A stretch of 64,000 nucleotides of DNA from NCBI GenBank assembly GCA_963665815.1, contig OY762463.1, forward strand, positions 3,552,001 through 3,616,000, given 5' to 3'. A program made the translations under genes and the position numbers. Below the pieces are notes generated by a model. That model searched no databases and was not told where the DNA came from. It worked only from the letters and a program-made list of their open reading frames with translations. The number at the start of each line of letters is the position of its first letter. Position 1 is the stretch's first letter. Source of the stretch: Candidatus Cloacimonadales bacterium (GTDB lineage: Bacteria > Cloacimonadota > Cloacimonadia > Cloacimonadales > JAIOQZ01). Shown here one piece after another: positions 53,301 to 61,883 of this stretch.

Positions 53301-55003
53301 TACTTAACTTGATTCCACCTGATGATGATCTGGCAGCATTATTGATTTCAGGAAATGAAATGCCTCGAGCAGGTATAACCTCTACATACACAGTGACAGT
53401 AAGAAACATTGGATTTAATGATCAGTCCACATACGATGTAAAACTTTTCTCAGATAATATTGAGCTTGCATCAGTTACAGGACAGCCAATTACACAGGGA
53501 CAAAACATAGATTTCTCACTTGACTGGACTCCTTCAATAGAAGGTATCACTGAAATCTATGGTAAAGTTATTCTTCAGGGAGATGAAGCTCCATTAAATG
53601 ATGAAACAGAACCTCTTCGTGTAAATGTACAGCCTTCCCAGACCGGTATTGCCGGTACAATAACAGACGTATTCGGAAACCCACTTGATAATGTCCAGGT
53701 TCTTGTAGAAGAACTTCTAACGGTTGTTTATACTGATGCAGCAGGACATTATGAATTTCTGGCAATGCCGCCTGAAACTTATACGGTAACAGCTTCGTTG
53801 ATGAACTATACTACTCAATCTATTGGTGGAGTTCAGGTTGTTCAAGACCAAACTACAATAGTTGATATTCTGCTGGGACAGGGTGCAATAATTACAGGAT
53901 ATGTAAGAGATACATTTGATAATCCTGTACCGAATGCAGAGCTTACACTCAGTGACAGCACGGTTGCTTATGCTAATGATTCCGGTTTCTTTGTATTCGT
54001 GAATCTGCCAACTGCAACATTCAGTCTGACAGCAGAGAAAGAAGGTTATGAAACTCAGACTATTGATAATATCAATGCAGTAGATGGACAATCCATAGAT
54101 GTAGACTTTAACATTCTTGAATTCGGTAGACTTCATATTGATGTAACTTCCAACACAGGCAATAATGCCGGAGCAGTTGCAATTATGACAGATACTTCAG
54201 ACAATACCGAGTACTCAGTTATATCAGATGAGAACGGAGATATTGATCTTGAAGGAATGTATCCGGGAACATACAATCTTGTAGTAGCAAGAACAGACCA
54301 TGATCAGTTTACTCAAGAAGGATTACAGATAATTTCAGGAGATAACACAGCTTTAACTGTTGAATTAACTGAAGTATTTACTGCTCCTACCAATATAAAC
54401 TGGCTTAACAATGAAAGACTGCTTGTATGGCAGTGTGGAGACAGATTATATAGAACCAGAGTAGAAGGCGATGAAGAACTTATTGATGGTTCTTCATATA
54501 CTGAAAAAGGCTCGAAGAATGATGGGAATGAGCGAGAATTAGTCAGTTTCCGAGTTCAGGTTGGTACTATCGATCAGACAACCACAGATACATCAATGGT
54601 TATTACCGGACTAACAATTGGAGAGCAATATCTGGCAACAATAACAGCGATTTACCAGACAGGTAGAGCTTCAGCCGGATATTATATCAATTTCGATACT
54701 GCAAATGATCCTGAAGATGTTAATCTTGTAACTGAACTAAAAGGTAATTATCCTAATCCATTCAATCCAACAACCCACATTGAATTCTCACTTAAGAAAG
54801 CCGGAAGAGTAGAACTTGCTGTCTACAATATCAACGGTCAGAAAGTTAGAACTCTTGTAAGTGGAGAAATGGAAGCAGATAATCATAAGGTTACCTGGAA
54901 TGGTAAAGACGACAGAGGAAACTCAGTATCAAGTGGAGTATACTTCTACAGACTGCAAACCTCTGAAGTATCACAAACTAAGAAAATGCTGATGCTTAAA
55001 TAA
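50372..55003 (+). CDS. Large surface protein: signal peptide, 3 MAM-like and 3 FN3-like modules, adhesin-like domain, CARDB, carboxypeptidase-regulatory-like repeats, T9SS/FlgD-type CTD
   Basis: AAGGAGG RBS; TGP..DHT..YIYTEAS MAM motifs; YYWQVTPYN repeats; NYPNPFNP..SGVYFYRL..KKMLMLK C-terminal domain. Confidence 0.9.
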   Translation: MRQRLVFFIVLIFTILPMYAQVNVISTFPYEENFDNNQIPQFWSDITQDTDRWIVGICDHLSYTGPQNGDHTAGPSGYLYFDSYFSSDYDVYTMKTPSFNVAGLTSPQFTFWYNMYGLHMGELHINIYQPGSDILYTDVVQPIWGNQGQEWISQSIDLLPYNSEPFEIQIIGIAGDDHYCTISIDDIKVFNNPAVPTPATLYTPSDLENYVDEQGLLRWRNSDGATGYKLSIGTDYPPTNILDNDDRGNSLVYDFFNYSMGTTYYWQVTPYNNNGDAVGCPIMSFTTRPDPATSNCLFAEDFSTWPLDSNRWSTGGTQQWAEDPGSGGAYCDLWGWSSGNNATLISAPITISGNYNLEFRWSHKFRPVEFNDALNIFVSTNQSTWSLLAGKAQEQLHSNDGADNLSPGTFVWETISLDQYSGQTIYLKFEGVYGAGPRLYIDDISVYERVPSCPTVPVPADLATGVIEAGTLSWVSAQGAAGYKISLGTDNPPTNIADSIDVGTSLFYDYTGLAYNTTYYWKVTPYDTVGDDADCPVWQFQTRTGFAVTTFPCTETFDDGQLPNLWVDDPSNTDPWSINNSTPSVDTGPQSGDHTSGSGNFIFTEASGNYNQTFKMKTVRYDVSALTSPQFVFWYHMYGSTMGTLNVNIYHPDSGNQYMDVIVPISGDQGDTWFCQTIDLLPYNSEPFILEFVAVTGTDFHSDICIDDVSVYDNTTPPGCVTPVIPADQANEVVEQGSLHWGTVIGATGYNLSFGTDNPPTNILDNVDRADSIFYDFSGLSYSTTYYWQVTPYNTNGSAVNCPVWSFTVRGDPTITAYPYTADFDSGMIPSWWSQDNNDDMDWTFQSGSTTSSNTGPSFDHTTGSGYYIYTEASGYNNMTANIETRPFDLTNNGYPVLSFWSHMYGGDMGSLSIDVYNHSTNNWTNDFFSISGDLGDQWIEQEVDLTIFSGQIIHLRFSGHTGNGFESDIAIDDVSLLNLIPPDDDLAALLISGNEMPRAGITSTYTVTVRNIGFNDQSTYDVKLFSDNIELASVTGQPITQGQNIDFSLDWTPSIEGITEIYGKVILQGDEAPLNDETEPLRVNVQPSQTGIAGTITDVFGNPLDNVQVLVEELLTVVYTDAAGHYEFLAMPPETYTVTASLMNYTTQSIGGVQVVQDQTTIVDILLGQGAIITGYVRDTFDNPVPNAELTLSDSTVAYANDSGFFVFVNLPTATFSLTAEKEGYETQTIDNINAVDGQSIDVDFNILEFGRLHIDVTSNTGNNAGAVAIMTDTSDNTEYSVISDENGDIDLEGMYPGTYNLVVARTDHDQFTQEGLQIISGDNTALTVELTEVFTAPTNINWLNNERLLVWQCGDRLYRTRVEGDEELIDGSSYTEKGSKNDGNERELVSFRVQVGTIDQTTTDTSMVITGLTIGEQYLATITAIYQTGRASAGYYINFDTANDPEDVNLVTELKGNYPNPFNPTTHIEFSLKKAGRVELAVYNINGQKVRTLVSGEMEADNHKVTWNGKDDRGNSVSSGVYFYRLQTSEVSQTKKMLMLK

Positions 55004-55097
55004 CTCAGATGTTTCATACCTTCCAAATGGTCTTTAGACCTTTGGAATGGTGTGTAAGTTAGATTTCGAAACAGCCTCTCATTTGGGAGGCTGTTTT
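52485..55097 (+). repeat. Right arm of ~2.6 kb imperfect inverted repeat (partner 32771-35390)
   Basis: Matches the left arm and includes the 3' UTR and terminator. Confidence 0.92.
55069..55097 (+). terminator. Intrinsic terminator
   Basis: aaacagcctc/gaggctgttt stem plus T-run. Confidence 0.8.
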
Positions 55098-55225
55098 CTC
55101 TTGTTTTTATCAGCCAGTATTATTGGAACAACTTATTCGATTGACAAATTTACCTGATTCTCAAGCATATAAACAATGATAAATTCACCTCTAAGTGAAC
55201 TCATAAAACTACTTTGGGACGGAAA

Positions 55226-55813
55226 ATGAAAATAGCCAATCTCGGAACAAAAGCTGATACAGAAAAATTAATAAAAAAGTTGATTCCTGATAATCAAATA
55301 AGAAAAGAGATTCTTGAATTTCTATCTGGGTTGATACATAGGTCAATACAGCAGAACAATAGTAACTGGAATGTAAATCTGGATAAAAATGGTAAATTTC
55401 TCCGATTTCATGTTGGTTCTCTTATGGCCATGGAAGTGACAAAAAAGAAAGTGTTAGTTGCATGTATAAGGACACTCTTAGAAAAAATGAATGAAGAAAA
55501 TAAACTGGATTGCTCGTACAAAGGATATCTCGGTAAAAAGGCCATTGAAAACAGAAATATAGAGAAAATACCAGGTTATTGCACAACAATACCTGACAGT
55601 ATAGGTGTAACTCTGGATTTATCTTCTAAACCTGTTCATGTGACTATTTTACAGGATCCGGCATGTGAGTTTGTAGATCAGGCCCAAAACACAATAATTG
55701 TCAGGAAGTTGAAAAGAGTACACTCTACTGGAGCAATAGAATTCTTGAATGAAGAGGTTCACTTACAATTGAGAAATCCTGATTACATAAAGGATGACAT
55801 TTCTGAAAAATAG
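55226..55813 (+). CDS. Hypothetical protein
   Basis: ~195-aa ORF with a TTGACA element upstream; no family recognised. Confidence 0.65.
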   Translation: MKIANLGTKADTEKLIKKLIPDNQIRKEILEFLSGLIHRSIQQNNSNWNVNLDKNGKFLRFHVGSLMAMEVTKKKVLVACIRTLLEKMNEENKLDCSYKGYLGKKAIENRNIEKIPGYCTTIPDSIGVTLDLSSKPVHVTILQDPACEFVDQAQNTIIVRKLKRVHSTGAIEFLNEEVHLQLRNPDYIKDDISEK

Positions 55814-55882
55814 TAAATCCTCAACTATTGAAGTACATTACCAGAATAAATGCTGCGATTTTATCGAAAATAAACAGAGATT

Positions 55883-56875
55883 CTAAAACACCATTTCTGA
55901 CAGATATTCCCAAGCTTTTTTCATATCATCAGGCATTTCATGAATGAACTCCATTCTTTTACCGGTATCAGGGTGATTAAAACATAGTTTGTAAGAATGT
56001 AAAGCTTGTCTCTTCAAATGCTTTTTCAGTAGATTCTTTATCTTCTTTCTATAATAATCAGGGACTCTGCTTAAAATCTCATTATCACTACTGTAAACAC
56101 TATCACACAAAACCGGGTGATTAAGGTGTCTCATATGGACTCTGATTTGATGGGTTCTACCGGTTTCAATTTTCAATTCAAGCAAAGAAAAATAATCTAT
56201 GGATTCAAGTATTTTCCAGTGAGTAACAGCATGTTTTCCTTCAGTATCCACTGTCATTTTTGTTGGATCTTTTCTGGAACGATTAATATATGTGCTGACA
56301 GTCCCAAAGCTTTCACAGCCATCAAAATCCGGTGTTCCTACAATGATTGCCTTGTAGTATTTATCAATTTCTCTGTCTTGAAAAATCTGACTGAGGGCAG
56401 CATGCATTCTGTCTGTTTTAGCAACGACAAGCAGTCCGCTTGTATCTTTATCAAGTCTATGTATTATTCCCGGTCTGTCTGCACCGGACATAGTTGAAAG
56501 GTTCTTGAAATGGTATAGAAGAGCATTCACAAGTGTTCCGGAAAACACTCCGGGAGCAGGGTGTACAATAAGTCCTGCCGGTTTCATAATCACAGCAAAT
56601 TCTTCTTCTTCATAAACAACTTCAATGGGAATATTTTCAGGTTTTATTCTACTGTGTTTTCTTTCAAGTTCAGCATTAATACTGATAACTTCGCCTTCAG
56701 ATAGAATATAGCTCTTTTTAACTTCCCTGCTGTTAACCAGAACTTTTTTGCTGGCGATTAACAAATGAATAACACTTCTGGAAAGTCCTTCTGTCTTAAA
56801 AAAATCAGTTAAAAAAACATCCAGTCTCAGATGTCTGTCCTGATCATCATGATAGATTATATCCTTGTTAAGCAT
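55883..56875 (-). CDS. rluD: RluA/RluD family 23S rRNA pseudouridine synthase
   Basis: S4-like RLDVFL, KPAGLIVHP, HRLDKDTSG, TGRTHQIRVH and RQALH motifs. Confidence 0.9.
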   Translation of the reverse strand: MLNKDIIYHDDQDRHLRLDVFLTDFFKTEGLSRSVIHLLIASKKVLVNSREVKKSYILSEGEVISINAELERKHSRIKPENIPIEVVYEEEEFAVIMKPAGLIVHPAPGVFSGTLVNALLYHFKNLSTMSGADRPGIIHRLDKDTSGLLVVAKTDRMHAALSQIFQDREIDKYYKAIIVGTPDFDGCESFGTVSTYINRSRKDPTKMTVDTEGKHAVTHWKILESIDYFSLLELKIETGRTHQIRVHMRHLNHPVLCDSVYSSDNEILSRVPDYYRKKIKNLLKKHLKRQALHSYKLCFNHPDTGKRMEFIHEMPDDMKKAWEYLSEMVF

Positions 56876-57644
56876 GTTCTGTTTTTTCTACTTTCTTTTT
56901 CTCTATGCTCTGAATTGCAATAACAGCACCTATTGCTTCTCCGCTTTCATTTCTAACAATACTGCTTTTCAGATTCAAATGTCTCTTCTGAGATGGGAAG
57001 AAAAATTGTTGATCCGCCTGCTGGGAACGTGATTTGAGAACAATCATCGCATATTTCTTAATATTGTTTTCTATTTCAGGACTAAATCCATTACTAATTA
57101 GATTTATATCCTGTTCTAAACCCGGGAAATGCTCTGAGGCAACATCACTGACAAAACTGATTTCTCCATCAAGTTTGAGAATAACGATTCCACTATCAAG
57201 TATTCTCATAATAGAGTTTAATCTGCTGTAATGCTCAATAATTTTTTCCTTTTTTGCCTGATCGAAACTCAGGATAACATTGATCATTTTCTGCATTGAC
57301 ATTATAATTTTGACTATTTCAGGATCATTTCTCTTCTTATAATCATATTCATTTATATCAATCTTATAGTTTCCTCTGGAGATTTCATTAATAATATGAT
57401 CAGTATCTCTCAGACTTCTCCTAAGAAACACAGGTATAAAGAAGAAATATATAACACTTACAAAGAAGAATAAGAACATGAACACAAGTTGAAGATTGAT
57501 GACTATATTCTTAAAATCTTCAAACTCCTGTGAATCTATTTTGGTTGAATTATCTACAAGTGTAATGAGTAAGAATACAGATTGCAGAATAAACAACGAA
57601 AGAAATACCATAATAAGAATTCTAATTCTTTTTGTGATCTTCAT
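56868..57644 (-). CDS. Membrane protein with HAMP-like and PAS-like domains and no output domain
   Basis: Two TM helices, ISRGNY..PEI HAMP-like segment, LDSGIVILKLDGEI..IVRNESGEAIGAVI PAS-like segment. Confidence 0.65.
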   Translation of the reverse strand: MKITKRIRILIMVFLSLFILQSVFLLITLVDNSTKIDSQEFEDFKNIVINLQLVFMFLFFFVSVIYFFFIPVFLRRSLRDTDHIINEISRGNYKIDINEYDYKKRNDPEIVKIIMSMQKMINVILSFDQAKKEKIIEHYSRLNSIMRILDSGIVILKLDGEISFVSDVASEHFPGLEQDINLISNGFSPEIENNIKKYAMIVLKSRSQQADQQFFFPSQKRHLNLKSSIVRNESGEAIGAVIAIQSIEKKKVEKTEHA

Positions 57645-57658
57645 TTTTTCTCCATTTT

Positions 57659-58357
57659 CTATTTCTCTGAAAACTCTTTGATCAGCTCATCGATATTATT
57701 CTTTGCTCCAAGTAAGACGAGAATATCTCCATCATTAATAACATCATTTGCCCCGGGCAACTCATTAACTTTCTTTTCCAATACATTGTTGCCATCTTCA
57801 GTTACAGTGAGTTTATCATATTTTATAGCAACTACATGTATACCGAATTTATTAGGAAGAGCAATTTCCTGAAGGGTTTTACCAACATAATCTTTTGGAA
57901 CCGCTATTTCTGCTACTGTATGACCTGTTGAAAGCCTTACATACTGTAGAACATTGCCTGAGAGTAATGATTTGGACAGTTGGATTCCAATTTCTTCCTC
58001 AGGAAAAACTATATGGTGCACACCAATGAGTTCCAGGATTCTTGCATGAAGCTTGCTGTCTACTTTTGCATAGATTCTTGCTGCACCGAGATTTTTCAGC
58101 AAGGCACAAGTAAGTACACTTACTTCAATATTGTTTCCTATTGCCAGTATTACAGCATCCATTTCATGGACATTAATCTGTTTTAAACTTTTCTCATCAG
58201 TACTATCCAGAGGAAGTGCGATCGAAACTTTATTTTTTACTTCTTCAATTAACTTTTCATCGTTATCTATTGCTATTACTTCAGCTCCCTGTTCAAACAA
58301 ATCTGTGGCAATTGTCATTCCGAATTTTCCAAGACCTATAACAGCAAATTTCGCCAT
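57659..58357 (-). CDS. ktrA: KtrA/TrkA family K+ uptake RCK subunit
   Basis: VIGLGKFG nucleotide-binding motif; RCK_N and RCK_C domains. Confidence 0.88.
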   Translation of the reverse strand: MAKFAVIGLGKFGMTIATDLFEQGAEVIAIDNDEKLIEEVKNKVSIALPLDSTDEKSLKQINVHEMDAVILAIGNNIEVSVLTCALLKNLGAARIYAKVDSKLHARILELIGVHHIVFPEEEIGIQLSKSLLSGNVLQYVRLSTGHTVAEIAVPKDYVGKTLQEIALPNKFGIHVVAIKYDKLTVTEDGNNVLEKKVNELPGANDVINDGDILVLLGAKNNIDELIKEFSEK

Positions 58358-58370
58358 AATTTCTCCTATG

Positions 58371-60338
58371 CTATCCGATAACTATTTTTTCTTCTGTGAA
58401 CACTAACGGTTTTTGTGTTTTTGCTTCTGAAAGAGCAAATATAAATGTCAGAGGACCAACTCTGCCGAGATACATCAATAAGACAATTATTATCTTACCT
58501 GGAGATGACAGATCAGATGTTATCCCCATTGAGAGTCCAACTGTTCCAAATGCAGATACAGCTTCAAATATGACTTCTGAGAATGTAGGATCATCATGAA
58601 TATCAGAAACTTCATCAGAGCAGTCAATACTGACAATTCGATTTAACGGTTTTACCGTATATTCAACTTCATTTTTAAGCAGCGGAACATCATTAATTCT
58701 ATTCATTAATGTACTGTCACTTACATTGGTAACAGAAATTTTGTCCAGTTTATTAAATGTATTCTCGACCGGTGGCATGAAGCTTCTACCGGTATTCACA
58801 ATTTGATTCGTGTTTTCCTCATTAAAGCCTGTTTCAGTCATCAACAGAGCATAAATCATAACAAAGAGGAAAGTGATTGAGATTGCTATTAATGCCATAA
58901 CTCTTTTGAGAACCTGATCTGAAATTCTTCTCTTGAACACAGAAACACCGTCCCCCCCCTGCATTATTGCAAGTACAGCAAGAATAATAACTGCAAATGT
59001 AGTTGTCTTGATACCGCCACCGGTTGATCCGGGAGAAGCACCAATAAACATGAGAAGAATTGTCGTAAGGACTGATGAATTTGACATATCACCATTATTG
59101 ACAGTATTAAATCCGGCTGTTCTGGTTGTTACCGACTGAAAGGATGATGCAAGCAGTTTCTCGAATATATTCATATCCTTAAGTGTATAGTTAAATTCTG
59201 ATATAAGAAAAGCAAAAATTCCGATTACAATTAGTAAAACTGTCATCAGTAGTACGATTTTTGAATGAAGACTCAACCTTGAAGGTTTGAATGTCCTCAG
59301 ACAGTTTCTCTGAATATCTTTTATCACTGTAAAACCAATACCACCGGTTATTATCAGCCCCATAACAGTAAAGTTGATGCCAGAATGTGTTTTAAATCCT
59401 TCCAGACTATCGGAATACAGACTGAAACCGGCATTACAAAAAGCAGATATTGAATGAAAAACAGCGTTATAAATTCTGTTATGAGCTCCATCTGCAGGAA
59501 AAGATAAGTAAAGGAAAACAGCTCCGAGAAATTCGAAGAAAATCGTTACAAAGAAAATACTTTTAACAATATTCATCATATCAAGCTGAGTTGATTCTCC
59601 AACAACATCCTGCATAATCCCTATACTACGGGCACTCATTTTTTGACCAAGCAGTATCGCAAAAGCTGTAGATATTGTCATTATTCCAAGCCCACCCACC
59701 TGAATGAGCAGAAGTATGACTAATTGTCCAAACTGTGAATAATAAGTTCCTGTGTCATGAACAATAAGCCCTGTTACGCATGTTGCAGATGTTGCAGTAA
59801 AAAGAGCATCCAGAAAATTAGTATCATTGTTTATCTCATAATCATTTACAGCCCATGGTAATGATAGCAGAAAAGCTCCGACTATTATTGTTATAAGGAA
59901 TGATGCCAGCACGAATACGGGAGGATTACTAGAGATCTTCTTATATAATCTTACTTGATTTGTCTCGGGGTCAGAATTCTGAAGCCTTGCAGTAATATCC
60001 CTTACAGCAACGAATATCTGTCTGCCTACAAGATACAGTTGAATAAACTTTGTATCAGGTTTGAAAATCAGTAGAAAAGCTATTATGAAGAAATCTATAA
60101 GTAATCTTCTATACGTAGTAAACATCACAGGATTACATAAAATTTTTAACAATATATATGCAATATAGATATATGTGATTGAAGGAAGATACACTTCATT
60201 GAATGATATAAAATAAGAATTATCAGCAAGATGGTATATCAAAAAGAGAGATACAACATTTATGCCGGCTATCAGATAAATTAATTTATCCGCATATCCT
60301 GTGAGCTTTTTCATTATGTATTTGATATTGAATTTCAT
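58371..60338 (-). CDS. ktrB: KtrB/TrkH family K+ uptake membrane subunit
   Basis: Four pore motifs (SATCVTGL, SAFCNAGF, TTRTAGF, SAFGTVGL) plus GSTGGGIK. Confidence 0.9.
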   Translation of the reverse strand: MKFNIKYIMKKLTGYADKLIYLIAGINVVSLFLIYHLADNSYFISFNEVYLPSITYIYIAYILLKILCNPVMFTTYRRLLIDFFIIAFLLIFKPDTKFIQLYLVGRQIFVAVRDITARLQNSDPETNQVRLYKKISSNPPVFVLASFLITIIVGAFLLSLPWAVNDYEINNDTNFLDALFTATSATCVTGLIVHDTGTYYSQFGQLVILLLIQVGGLGIMTISTAFAILLGQKMSARSIGIMQDVVGESTQLDMMNIVKSIFFVTIFFEFLGAVFLYLSFPADGAHNRIYNAVFHSISAFCNAGFSLYSDSLEGFKTHSGINFTVMGLIITGGIGFTVIKDIQRNCLRTFKPSRLSLHSKIVLLMTVLLIVIGIFAFLISEFNYTLKDMNIFEKLLASSFQSVTTRTAGFNTVNNGDMSNSSVLTTILLMFIGASPGSTGGGIKTTTFAVIILAVLAIMQGGDGVSVFKRRISDQVLKRVMALIAISITFLFVMIYALLMTETGFNEENTNQIVNTGRSFMPPVENTFNKLDKISVTNVSDSTLMNRINDVPLLKNEVEYTVKPLNRIVSIDCSDEVSDIHDDPTFSEVIFEAVSAFGTVGLSMGITSDLSSPGKIIIVLLMYLGRVGPLTFIFALSEAKTQKPLVFTEEKIVIG

Positions 60339-60354
60339 TTATTTCAGAATTCTT

Positions 60355-60993
60355 TCACTTATTTTTTCTTGGACCTTTCTCCAGTATTTTCATAACTCTC
60401 TCGTGAATTTCCTCAGGAGTCAAAGTCGCATCAATTCGTTCAACCATACCTTTCTTGTCGAATAACTCAACAACGACATCCGTTTTCTCATGGAACGTAT
60501 GAAGTCTGGACTCTATTTCGGTTGGATAATCATCTTTCCGTCTTGTTAGTTCTCCACCACAAGAATCGCAAATGTTATCTCTTTCGGGAGGATTATAAAG
60601 AAGATTATAATCTTTACCACATTGTGAGCAAAGCCTTCTTGCAAGCATCCTCTGCTCAGCTATTTCGTCATCCAGTTCCAGTAATATCACATGATCAATT
60701 TTGTAATGATTAAGCAAATATTCAGCTTGTTTAAGATTTCTGGGAAATCCGTCAAGAATAAATCCATGAGTTTCAATTTCTTCATCAATTATTCTGTAAA
60801 CAATTTCATCAGAAACAAAATTTCCTCCATCAACGAGTTCCTTGATTTCCTTTCCAAGATCAGTCATATGTTCTATATGCCATCTTAATTTAGCTCCGAT
60901 GTTAATGTGCTTAGTTCCGGCTTTTCGGGAAGCCAATTTCGCCTGGGTGCCTTTTCCGCTCCCTTGAATTCCCATGAAAACAACTCTTAACAT
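60355..60993 (-). CDS. adk: Adenylate kinase with zinc-binding LID
   Basis: GIQGSGKGT, LDGFPR, CSQC..CDSC, RKDD motifs. Confidence 0.88.
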   Translation of the reverse strand: MLRVVFMGIQGSGKGTQAKLASRKAGTKHINIGAKLRWHIEHMTDLGKEIKELVDGGNFVSDEIVYRIIDEEIETHGFILDGFPRNLKQAEYLLNHYKIDHVILLELDDEIAEQRMLARRLCSQCGKDYNLLYNPPERDNICDSCGGELTRRKDDYPTEIESRLHTFHEKTDVVVELFDKKGMVERIDATLTPEEIHERVMKILEKGPRKNK

Positions 60994-61030
60994 ATTTCCT
61001 CCAGTTTACTGAATATGAAACAAAAATAAA

Positions 61031-61058
61031 GTATACTTATAATGCATTTCTCGTCAAG
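61031..61058 (-). promoter_or_regulatory. Putative sigma70 promoter of the adk-ktrBA operon
   Basis: TTGACG-N16-TATACT on the minus strand. Confidence 0.5.
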
Positions 61059-61260
61059 TTTCTTATGTAATAACAATGAATAATTTTTCTTTTCATGTAT
61101 TTAACAAGTGCAAATTGGCAGTCTTTCTCATATAATTTTCAGATACTTTCGAAAATAAGTTTGACCCACAATCAACCATTATTTTTCTTGATTTTATTCA
61201 TGATGTCCTATGCATCTGCAAAACAGTTATTTACTAAAAATAAGAAATAGAGAGGAAAAT

Positions 61261-61803
61261 ATGGACTGGTATATTAACGCAGTTACAGCACATCCGGTAA
61301 TGATGGCTATGATTCAGTTTGCTATTCTTGGAACATTAGGTGAGTTTATCTCCAAATGGATTGTCAGTAAAAAAATATTCATACCTTTTACAATCGGATT
61401 TGTGTTATGGAAAATGGTTGTCTGGGCAATACTTGCTTTTTTTATAAAGATGGCTTTTACAGGAATGGAAGGATTTCTGGATAGTGCAGTGGATCATCAC
61501 TTGATGTTCCCGGCTGTAAAAGAAGCAGGATTTTTCAGAGCTTTCATGAAATCTGTTACAACTAATCTTTTCTTTGGATTCTTCTTGATTATAGCTCACA
61601 GATTCCTTGATAACATAGTTCTTAAAGAAAAATCTTATAAAGGAATTGATATAGGTATTAAATCACTGATCTGGTTCTGGATTCCGGCTCATACTATAAC
61701 TTTTATTCTACCTAAAGCATTCCAGATTGGTCTTGCTGCTTTATGGTCAGTAGCACTGGGAATTATTCTTGGATTTGCAATAGCAGTATCAAACAAAAAG
61801 TAA
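61261..61803 (+). CDS. Mpv17/PMP22-like membrane protein
   Basis: GAGGA RBS, hydrophobic helices, WFWIPAHTITF motif. Confidence 0.65.
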   Translation: MDWYINAVTAHPVMMAMIQFAILGTLGEFISKWIVSKKIFIPFTIGFVLWKMVVWAILAFFIKMAFTGMEGFLDSAVDHHLMFPAVKEAGFFRAFMKSVTTNLFFGFFLIIAHRFLDNIVLKEKSYKGIDIGIKSLIWFWIPAHTITFILPKAFQIGLAALWSVALGIILGFAIAVSNKK

Positions 61804-61825
61804 AATTTCTGATAACAATATGCAA

Positions 61826-61858
61826 AAAACAGGATGTCTGGTCAGGACATCCTGTTTT
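61826..61858. terminator. Bidirectional terminator
   Basis: aaaacaggatgtc/gacatcctgtttt inverted repeat. Confidence 0.8.
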
Positions 61859-61883
61859 GTTATATACGGTTTAAGGTTAATCT

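Noticed and set aside
32771..55097. Diversity-generating retroelement or site-specific shufflon as the explanation for the repeats
   Set aside because: No reverse transcriptase or recombinase gene is in the window, the differences are not confined to adenines, and no short crossover sites were recognised.
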